Origin: Marsupella aquatica
Lineage: Eukaryota > Plantae > Marchantiophyta
Length of the DNA: 64,000 nt
Reading direction: 5' to 3'
Assembly (NCBI GenBank): GCA_973895155.1
Contig: OZ316896.1
Location: 9,373,525 to 9,437,524 of the forward strand
Below are positions 13,581 through 23,658 of this stretch, one piece after another; the stretch's first letter is position 1; each line of letters opens with the position of its first letter. The position numbers and the translations under genes were made by a program. The notes beneath the pieces are model-generated. The model was not told the DNA's origin and searched no databases. It worked only from the letters and a program-made list of their open reading frames with translations.

Positions 13581-14949
13581 AAGTCAAACCTCTCTGTACA
13601 ATGCTCGTGTTCAAGAAAAAAAACCCTTTCTGCAGGTGCAAGGAAGGTCAGTCTGGATTTGTACTTCAAATCTCTGCCGCATCGACGAATCATTTTTATC
13701 AAGAGCCCTTATGTATTCAGGATGACTCCGTGCACGAAGTATATTAACGCGTGATGGAGACTTTGTTGAGGCAATCTGCACAACTGAAGGACGTCCGTCC
13801 ACATATGTGTCCCGGCACTCGGCAATGTTTGGTTCCTGAGAGTGGCATTGAGTACTGGAGCGGAAAGTGGAGTAGAGCAGGCGGCACGCTAGAGATGATT
13901 ATCAATACAAATTTGATTCTGCGAGCATTTTAGCAAAGCTTTTCATGCTTCCCAACTCGAATCCAGAGGTGGCTGATTTGTCGAGATCGAAAGGAAACTA
14001 ATTTGTCATTCGGGAGAAACGTGCAAGGGTGACATTTAGTCATCAAAGAAACAAAGGCGAGCAGAACGGTATTCTCTGGCTTAATTCGAGCCAGAAGAGT
14101 CCATCTAACCTGAAATCGTGCTCGTACAGAGTTTGGAATCCGACTGGTAGGACGAACAAATTCAAATCCTGCCACTTTAGAGATGATGAATTTAGTGTGC
14201 ATAGCAACACGGATTTCTGTGCAAGCTAAAAATAAATTTAACAGCAGTTTGAGGCTGGTGAACGATTGGAAGATAATTGTAACTGTAGACATCACAAAAA
14301 CAAGACCGTCTAAGTATATATATAGCTGTGCCAAAGAGCAGAAGACGTCATACTAGGGTGTCAAACTAGGGGAGGCAGGATCCCAAAGGCATACCCAAAA
14401 TAGAGAGGGTAACAAAGGAACATAGCTTTGTGTGAAACTAATTTTAGTCTCACACACTCTATAACAAAGGAAGATTATAACTACCATTACAATCTTTAGT
14501 CTCATACACTGTATTTACTTTGAGATGACTGTAAACATTGTTTCTTAACACAAAAATAACACAATAATTCTGTATTTTAATTTGAGTGTGTGTGACACTA
14601 ATATGACACCAATTGTGTTCACAAGTCACATAGTGTCACACAAACTGTAAATTCAAAAACAGAATGGACAATTGTCACAAATTTGCATTGTTATTACAAA
14701 ATTAAAAATGTGCACAATATATGACTACTGTTTACAAACTTCGTGCATGTGTAGACACATTGAGCAAGCTTCAGAAATTTATAACCTCATGAAAAACATT
14801 GTCACCTTTAATTATCATTTTTTTTCAATATACAAATTAATTGTTCTTATATTGAGGGTGACAGAAAGTAGTGTCACCTGGCTGAAGACTCAAAGGCAAC
14901 CCTTAATTATTTAATGTGTGTGACATAGAGATATGCTTGATAAATCCCC

Positions 14950-15610
14950 AAAATGAAAAAAAAAGTGTTAGATGATGGACCCCATCAGTGATCCAGAGAT
15001 ATGCCAGATGGATCCCAAAATGAAAAAAGCTTTAGAGGATGGACCCCAATCATGAGTGATTGATCTAGACCATTGATAGACCTTCAAACCAACATACTAA
15101 AATATTATGGGGTCTCATGGATCCACCAAGTAACATTTTTCAGTGATTCATCAAATCAACTTTTAACTACTTCGGCACTAACATATTATGATTTACAATA
15201 CTGCTACTATTTTGTTTATGGAGAACAAGGTCACCAAAGTAACGAGAGATTTGCTTGGTGGGACCCCAAATGGAAATGTTTTATTTGATAGGACCCTTGA
15301 AAGTTTGGGTCCGTCTATTCAAGGTAAATCAACGGTGTGGATCACTCAGGGGTTCTATCAAGTAAAACATTTTCATTTGGGGTCCCACCAAGCAAATCCC
15401 TCCCAAAGCAACCAAGATAATCATAATCATATACCAAAATCTTGTAAGTACAATAAAAAGGTGACAATATTATAAAATAAAATATATATCTTTAATGACC
15501 AAATAATTAGAAGTTGTTCATGAAATATATTTCTAGTCCATCACACTAAATATTATAAACATAAACACCTTTTAAGTACTTTGCTACTAAAGATCTTCTA
15601 ATCCTAAACT
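14950..15610. repeat. Dispersed repeat (MITE-like, GGACCCC-rich), related to 34730-35400, with an internal 49-bp inverted repeat
   Basis: Shared blocks with 35297-35398 (gatctagacca.t.at.gacctt.aa..caacatac...tcca.caagtaaca) and with 34739-34765 (aagtac.ttgc.actaaagat). Arms 15248-15296 and 15350-15398 are reverse complements with 3 mismatches. Confidence 0.6.
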
Positions 15611-15869
15611 ATAATACACAGTTGCGCCAAAAAATGGCGTGGTCGTCATTCAAATTTGGAGTGTCCTTTTGGGTTTAACAAAAACTTTGGGGTTATCAAT
15701 GGGGCCTCAGGATGCAAGGGGTGGCAAAAAAGTGGCAACAACTTAACAACTTTTTTACTTAACTTAACATGGTTTACTAGCAATATTTTCAATTGTACTT
15801 AAGAACATCTTTTACTTCACTGTAACTTACATCTTTGTCTAACTACATCCTTTACTTATCAACCATTTT

Positions 15870-16910
15870 GTACTTAACAAAACATACTTAATAACATCTT
15901 TGGTGAAACATCATCTTTTACCTGACGACATCTTAGACATAAAGGCATCTTTGGCGCATCGACATCTTCTTACTTCACAACATCTTTCACATATTAACGA
16001 CATCTTTGGCAACATGACATCTTTTCTCTTAACGACGTCTTTGGCAACATGACATATTTTTTCTTAACAAAATCTTTGGCATCATGACATCTTTTTTCTT
16101 AACGAAATCTTTGGCAACACAACATATTTTTTCTTAACGAAATCTTTGGCAACATGACACTTTTTTTGTTGACAACATCTTTGGCGAAACGACATATTTT
16201 TTCTTAACAACATCTTTTGTGCAACGCACGGCTATTGAGCTATCTTTCACATATTAAGGACATATTGGGTGAAACAACACCTTTTTACTTATAACATCAT
16301 TTACTTCACAATAACTTAGTTTGGCAAAATGACAACTTTTTTTTAATGCCATCTTTCACATAATGACATCTTTTACATTTTGGGCGACACAAAATCTTTT
16401 GTGCAATGCACGGGTATTTTTCCTCAACGACGTCTTGGCCAACACGACATCTGTTTTATCAATGACGTCTTGGCCTACACAACATCTTTTTTCTCAGTGA
16501 TGTCTTGCCCGACACAACATCTTTTCTCTCAACAACGTCTTGGCCAACATGACATCTTTTTTCTCAACGACTTCTTTGCCAACACGACATCCTTTGTCTC
16601 AATGACTTCTTGGCCGATACGACGTCTTTTTTATCAATGAGATCTTGGCCAACACGACATCGTTTTTCTCAACAACCTCTTGGCCAATACAACATTTTTT
16701 CTCAACAATCTCTTGGTCGACACGACATCTTTTTTCTCAACCAATTCATGGCCAACATGACATCTTGGTCGACACAACATCTTTTGTTCTGAACGACCTC
16801 TTGGGAACACGACATCTTTCTTCTCAACAACCTCTTGGCCGACATGACCTCTTTTGTTCTCAATGACATCTTGGCTGTGACAACATCTTTTGTGCAACGC
16901 ACGGGTATTG
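15870..16910. repeat. Degenerate ~33-bp tandem array (acgacatcttttttctYaacRacNtcttggcca-type)
   Basis: Roughly 25-30 diverged units, each made of two acRacatc-led sub-repeats. The blocks end three times in tgtgcaaYgcacgg (~16218, ~16400, ~16891). Confidence 0.9.
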
Positions 16911-17121
16911 AGCTAGTTGACAATATAGTCATGGTTTTGTATATGGAGAGAATGTTATATATGAAACGTGGGAGGAAGCTAGAATTGAGGTCTAAGCTTC
17001 TAGAGTGAACCTCTAAAAAAAGTGACTCTAGGGCATCACCATAATATGTGTGCATAGAAATGAGGATGATTCACCATAATATATATGCATGGAAAGGAGT
17101 ATGTTCTGATATGTAAGATTG

Positions 17122-20100
17122 TGTTGAGGAATGATGCGGGAAATGATAATGAGATTCCTCTCTATAGAATGAATGGGTGCATCTCTTTATATACTCTCCG
17201 TCCGAGTTATCCTATACGGTAACTATGGTTAAGGTAACCATGGAATCTAGTTAGGGTATAACACTCCCCCTTGGCTATATAGTGATAACTATGTAGACAA
17301 AAAGTCTTCTAACTAGATTATCATGCTTATAAACATGGCATGATTTGAATACAAATGAGGAAGGTACTACCTCGTTAAAACCTTTAACAGCTCTAAAAAA
17401 CTCTATCAGGGTAACAGAGAAAAAAAAAATCTCGGCTCTAAAGGAAAAAGAGTACAGCCCTATCGGTCCTCAAGTGAATCCGGTGGTATGTGGAGTTAAC
17501 AGCAACAACTCCACTCCGTCAAAATGAACAAGTTGTCGTATGCTCAACGACTCAACAACAACGCGACATGTCTCCAAATCGCTCACCATTGCGCATACAT
17601 CTGCACATACATCCTCGCATCGAATACAAATTAAAACATATATGAAAAAATGGTTAGTAATTAAGTTATTATCATAAAATCACTTGTCCGTGGCTCATCT
17701 GCGCAAAGTGTAATAATAAATAATGTCATCTCGTGCAACTGAGTGCGTAAAGTATGGGATGTAAAAAGTCCAAAAAATATGATCTCCCCCTCAAAACAAG
17801 GTTTCGAGGAATATATTATTCTCGTAAAACTCAAATATCGAAACTCTCCCTTAGAGTTCAAGGACTCCTAATTAGATTCTTAAATAGAGGGTTCTTGTGC
17901 AAAATGCAAAATTCGCAAGCGTGTGTAGTCGACACACAAAGAAATCTCTCAATCTTAGATTTCAAAAACATGTAGTATCAAATATTTTTTATATGAAAAA
18001 TAATCTGCAGCACCAAAGGGTGTGCATTCACAACACCAGCGAGTGTGTGTATAATATGGCACGTCTGCCCTGCACGTCTGCAGTTCTCATATTTTGACAA
18101 AAAGTGTCAAGTCAATATAACTTCACAAATAACCTTGTGGAATCCAAACATTCAGTCGAACGTCCATGTGTGTCATAGCACAGAAAAATGCTAGCTCAAA
18201 ATGATTCACTATCTTGCAGAGGTAAAGTGATATTCATAAACGTCAAACAACTCCGCATAAAAATAGTTTAGAGCTAGTGATAGTCAAAAGATTCCACTTT
18301 AAAATGACCAAGTACCAAAATGTACTCGTAGTGGGTAAATCAAGTGTGATTGGGGTTTGAGAAAATAAACTTTCTCCCCCTAAATATGCATTTTATGCAT
18401 ATATTATAGTTGAAAGCTAGAATTAAGTTGGACCGGATAAAGTTATGGGGTTTGCCCATATTAACCCCTCATTACTCATTCTGATTTGAGTTTACTTCGG
18501 GTTTCTAAATATTCGCAGTTAGACCCCTAAAGGGTTATTGATTATCCGCTTTTGGATATGGCCGGGAACTAAGGTCATGGAACTAACCTGAAGTACTGTA
18601 CCTTAGATTATTCTGGATCTTTCGTGAGAAACATATCTATCATCGATCACTGGATCTCAGAAAATCTATACCTTACCAAAATACCTCAAACACTAGGTCA
18701 TAGAGCATGGTTAAAGGTATTGTATTAGTTCCATACTTAAAAACTATCATCCCACCAAACAATGGCTATAAAAGTTCTCGTTTGAGTTGTTTATGGTGTA
18801 AAGACCATGAGGATAAGACCCTTAAGTAAGGTATTGCCCTAATGTAGGGTGTAAATGGGTGTAAACCCATGTCAATTGGTGTAAAAGTTGTAAATGGTCA
18901 ATTTACACACAAAAAGTGTATGGACCAAAGTTTACTCCCCTGATGGTGTAAATTGGTATAAACCAGTGTAAATGCTATAAGCAAGTGTAATCTGGTGTAA
19001 CCAGTGTAAACAAGTATAAACCCAATGTAAAGCATGGGATTATACAATGGTAAGACATACACCAGTGTAAACTGGTGTCATGAGGTATAATCTAGAATGG
19101 TATCATTAGGTGTAAACTAGGGGTGTAAAATGGTGTAAAAACCATTTTGTGATTGAAATGGGTGTAACAACCACTTTGTAAATGGAAAGTAGAGGTATTT
19201 GGTATAAAACCATTATTTCCAATGTGCAAAGTCAAGTAAGGGTGGTATGACATGTAAATATGTCAAATGCATGTAAAGCATGTGCTGCACATGTAAGGCA
19301 TGTTAATGTATGCAAATTCAACAAGTGACATGTAATTTCCCTAAACCAGTTGATGTGTTTACATGTGTAAACTGTGTAAATTGTTGTGTAAATTTGCAAT
19401 GTGCACTTATCATTTTCCATTTCATTTGTTTATCTATAAGTGCAAAACATCCGTTGTCAACAAGATTTTCTTTGTTAATATGTGCATATATGGATAGTTT
19501 TTCAAAAATGAAGATTTTGCACTGAGACACATGGGATTCTCTTGTCTTTGGATAAGTGCACCCAAACATTTGTATTTCAGAAACTCTTTACTATACTGTG
19601 CATTTAATGAGGGTTGCACTTATCTGGTGTTCGAGTTTTTCTCGAGGATTTTGAGATCGAATGTTACATGTTTAAGTCACTCATGTGTGTCTCTTGAAAT
19701 CTCACTTGTCGCTTTGGCTCATTCTTTTGATTGCTATCATCTTCTCAGGCTCATTCTTGGACAAGCACAACATTCCATATTTAGGATTCAGAAAATGCTA
19801 TCAGATCTAGACCCCACAACGATGACTCGTTTCTTTTGCTGGATGCCATCTCCCGTACGTTCATAACCAAAGCCATGATGTTCTTCCTCCATGACATTTG
19901 CTTCTATCTTCTCCAATTTGATACGACTGTATCAAATGGCTCTTATTGGAATCTTCATTGAATCAACAAACGACCAATTCAACATCCATGTTTGGGCTCT
20001 TGTAATGCCTGTACTTCACTCGATCGTGTGTAATGGGCATTTCCTTTCATCCTTTATGGCTCGCAGATCGACCAACAAGAAACTGTCAGCTCGGTTGAGA

Positions 20101-20812
20101 AACATTGTGAAATTCAGGGAAAGAGAAGGCGCCTGTGTTTGTCCCTTATGAGGTTAGGGTTTTGAAAATTGTTCTTATGATCCGATTGGGTCCTGATTTG
20201 CTCTCGATCCACCCGGCTTCATTCAAGGCTGTCTTTATTTGGTTTCCGGTCTCTGCTCTTCTCTTTCTGCCTCTTGTTAAGGTTGTCAACTCATCGCCTC
20301 GAGTGATTTAGGTTGATCTGGCCTGGTTGGGTAGAAGGAAGCAGCGCAGCTGAACTTGACTCAAATCATTGCCTTGAATACTGCTTTCCCACACGATCTT
20401 CGGAATCACCCTTCAAAACAAAATTTCTTTTGATCATATCACAGCCTTCATAAGCTTGCTCTCGGCGCGACCACAATGCTACATCCTGTCGTTGCTTCAA
20501 CGTGACTCATGTTTTCTTGGTGGTTCAAACTACTAGCCTTCTCACTCCCAATTCAATAATTCTCCATAACTTGGAAATCCTTAAGAGAACATTCATTCAT
20601 CATAGCCATAGGGAAATTCCTAAAAAAATCCATGATCAAGCTCAGTTGGTCTAGAGTCGTGCTGATAACGTGTTGAGGAATGATGCGGGAAATGATAATG
20701 AGATTCCTCTCTATAGAATGAATGGGTGCATCTCTTTATATAGTCTCCGTCCGAGTTATCCTATACGGTAACTATGGTTAAGGTAACCATGGAGTCTAGT
20801 TAGGGTATAACA
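17122..20812 (-). mobile_element. Non-autonomous Bianca-type Ty1/copia LTR element (no gag/pol), 3.7 kb
   Basis: LTRs 17122-17263 and 20671-20812 (142 bp, TG..CA, 2 mismatches); TSD GATTG at 17117-17121 and 20813-20817; PPT ctccccctt next to 17263; PBS CGTTATCAGCACGAC (minus strand) at 20656-20670; no retro-protein ORF inside. Confidence 0.92.
18840..19400. repeat. Low-complexity (gg/ca)tgtaaa minisatellite inside the LTR element
   Basis: Dozens of tgtaaa/tgtaa/gtataa motifs at ~8-12-nt spacing. Confidence 0.8.
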
Positions 20813-21959
20813 GATTGTTAAATAATGGGTCCAGGCATGATGGGTTTTTCATCATTTCATTAACCTTTAAAGAATGAAAATAGTAAATATATGTTGTTGA
20901 CACTTTTATTGTTCTCCACTCTACTCACTTTTAAATAACCAAAAAAGCAGGCCTCCTCTATTCACTTTCCAAAGAACAGGTACAGAGGTACTAGTAGGGG
21001 CTAGTTATATACTAAAATTATGACATTGATAAATACAATAAAAACAATATATCAGTATGTTAAAACTACAAAATAGCCAAACCTTGAGAGACTGTTCCAT
21101 ATAGTATAGCATGCTCATCCTGGAACATACTAGAGTTGTTGTCTTGTAGTGCACAGTGACCAATGAAAAGTACAATCAAGGATGCTACGAATGTCTGCAT
21201 TTAATTCAATGTCCTCATGAATGACACTCATTTCAATAAAAACCATAAATTTAGGAAAAAAAGACATAAGGAGAACTTAAGACACAATCAGAACCATTTT
21301 TCTAACTCATGAGAATACTTTGTTCAAGTGGTGGAGCCTTTCGTTCATCTCTGATAAATCACAAAGATTAAAAATTTATAAAGGGGCTGCCAAAATAAGT
21401 TCAATCTACTTTAGAATCCTAAAATTAAAGGGGTCCATAAATTAAATAAAAATGTATATTATACACAGGCTGCCCCTTGTTAAGTCACATTGAAATAAAA
21501 ATATATGACACCAAAACTTTTAATAAGACAAAATATGAAAGGTCGATTCAACCTTGAGAGACTGTTCCAAAAGCAATTCAACCTAATAAAGACATGGAAG
21601 GGTACTAAATATCGGAAAAGCAATTCAACCTAATAAAGACATGGAAGGGTACTAAATATCGGAAAGATTGCAGCTGCAGGACAGCATGAGGAGGAAATTG
21701 TGTACAGCGCATCTTCTAGGAACTTACGCTTGAATGGAAGTTCGGTCAATAGGTTGGCAGGCCACGCGGAGGCGATTAATTTTTGGGAACTGCTGTACAG
21801 CACTGGAGTTGCCTGAGGCACGCTTTCCAAATCTTGAGAACTTCACTACTTCAGATTCGCATTGTCGTGTGAATGTTGTATCTGTCTGCCCTCATGTGCC
21901 CATGTTCGCAGAAGCTGAGAGAATCGTAGTAGCATTGGAGACTACTTTCAGTGCCCATT

Positions 21960-22240
21960 CTCTAGTTTGCGAAATTGGTGCTGCTGTTCGTTTGATGTGC
22001 TTGGTTGAATATACATATATATATAGCGGAGGAGTGAAGAGTGATCTCCTGTGCGGTCCGCAGAAACATGTTCGCAGTAAGTGAAGAATTGTAGTGGATT
22101 ACTCGCAATGCCTCTAGTTTGCAAAGCTGGTGCAGCTGTGCTGTTCGATTGATCGGTAGCTTGAATATATAGGGGGAGTAATGTTTGAGACTCTCCCCTG
22201 AGCTGCAGTCAGCAGAAACATTCCAACAGCTCAGTGAAGA
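21960..22240 (+). promoter_or_regulatory. Putative core promoter of the LHT gene, tandemly duplicated, each copy with a TATA-like box
   Basis: Two diverged copies (21960-22088, 22112-22240) of ctctagtttgc..ggtgc.gctgt..gttcg.ttgat..ttgaatata..tag.ggagt..gcagaaacat..agtgaagaa immediately upstream of ATG 22261. Confidence 0.55.
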
Positions 22241-22260
22241 AGCAGAACACTTGCGCCATC

Positions 22261-23658
22261 ATGGCACCATTGGGCAGTTCTCCTACGGACGTAGGTGACG
22301 ATGTTGCTCTACGTAAGGGAGTCGATGATGATTTTGTTCGACATCCTGGAACAATAAAACCGGTAGACGATTGGCTTCCTGTCACTGGGTCACGCAATGC
22401 AAAGTGGTGGTACTCTACCTTCCATAATGTGACCGCAATGGTAGGAGCAGGGGTGCTCGGTCTACCTTCGGCTATGGTTTACCTGGGTTGGGGAGCAGGG
22501 ACCACTATCCTGGTAGCGTCATGGCTAATCACCCTCTACACCTTGTGGCAGATGGTGATGATGCACGAGATGGTGGAGGGGAAGAGATTTGACAGATACC
22601 ATGAACTCGGGCAAGAGGCTTTCGGGGAAAGGTGGGGGCTGTGGATAGTGGTTCCACAGCAGATTGTCGTCGAAGTAGGGATTGACATTGTCTACATGGT
22701 GACCGGAGGACAATCCCTGTGGAAATTCTACCAGCTGATCAGATGCCCAAATTTGGACCTCACCAAATACAAGAGCTGTCATCATATCGGGCAAACAGCG
22801 TTCATCGTCATCTTCGCGACCCAGCACTTTTTCCTGGCTCAGCTTCCGAATTTCAACGCCATCTCGGGCATCTCACTGGCGGCAGCTGTGATGTCCCTCA
22901 GCTATTCAACCATCGCTTGGGCCGACACCGTACATGTCGGCCAGATTAGCAATGACTACCACCTTCCCGACACGGGGACGGCAAATCTAGTTTTCGGAGC
23001 CATGAATGCGCTGGGAACTGTGGCTTTTGCATACGCAGGTCACAATGTGGTGTTGGAGATTCAGGCCACCCTTCCGTCGACCCCTGACAGGCCGTCCAAA
23101 GTCCCTATGTGGCGCGGAGTGTGGTGTGCTTACATTGTTGTGGCGTTGTGCTACTTTCCGGTGTCTCTAGCCGGCTATTGGGCCTTTGGAAACACGCTTA
23201 GCGGAAACGTCCTACTTGCTTTGGGGAAACCGAGGTGGCTCATTGCTGCTGCAAATTTGATGGTGGTGATTCATGTCACTGGGAGTTACCAGCTGTACGC
23301 AATGCCTGTGTTTGACATGCTGGAGACTTATCTAGTGAAGAAGATGCACTTTCCACCCTCTTGGCTGTTACGAGTTGTGACGAGATGTAGCTACGTTTTG
23401 GCCACGGCTTTTGTAGCTTGCACATTCCCATTTTTCGATGACCTCCTTGGATTTCTGGGAGGGTTTGCCTTCGCCCCGACAACATACTTCTTGCCCTGCA
23501 TTATATGGTTGAGACTTGTGAAGCCAAAGCCTTTCAGTGCCTCGTGGCTGCTCAATTGGTTCTTGATCATTATAGGAGCTCTTCTCGCTGGCGTGGCTAC
23601 AATCGGAGGCATGCGGAATATCATCAAAGATGCTAAGACGTACAAATTCTATCAGTAA
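22261..23658 (+). CDS. LHT: Lysine/histidine transporter (LHT, AAAP family), intronless, 465 aa
   Basis: Uninterrupted ORF with LHT signatures DDWLPVTGSRNAKWWYSTFHNVTAMVGAGVLGLP, GKRFDRYHELGQEAFG, AFAYAGHNVVLEIQATLPSTP, GGFAFAPTTYFLPC and the C-terminal AKTYKFY. Confidence 0.96.
   Translation: MAPLGSSPTDVGDDVALRKGVDDDFVRHPGTIKPVDDWLPVTGSRNAKWWYSTFHNVTAMVGAGVLGLPSAMVYLGWGAGTTILVASWLITLYTLWQMVMMHEMVEGKRFDRYHELGQEAFGERWGLWIVVPQQIVVEVGIDIVYMVTGGQSLWKFYQLIRCPNLDLTKYKSCHHIGQTAFIVIFATQHFFLAQLPNFNAISGISLAAAVMSLSYSTIAWADTVHVGQISNDYHLPDTGTANLVFGAMNALGTVAFAYAGHNVVLEIQATLPSTPDRPSKVPMWRGVWCAYIVVALCYFPVSLAGYWAFGNTLSGNVLLALGKPRWLIAAANLMVVIHVTGSYQLYAMPVFDMLETYLVKKMHFPPSWLLRVVTRCSYVLATAFVACTFPFFDDLLGFLGGFAFAPTTYFLPCIIWLRLVKPKPFSASWLLNWFLIIIGALLAGVATIGGMRNIIKDAKTYKFYQ

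Noticed and set aside
15870-16910. CRISPR-like array, or the Cys-rich ORFs at 16380-17055
   Set aside because: Units are contiguous and degenerate with no unique spacers, no cas genes are present, and the context is eukaryotic. The ORFs are translations of the satellite.
20639-20670. tRNA-Ile gene
   Set aside because: Only the 5' half is present, directly abutting an LTR; it is a primer-binding site.
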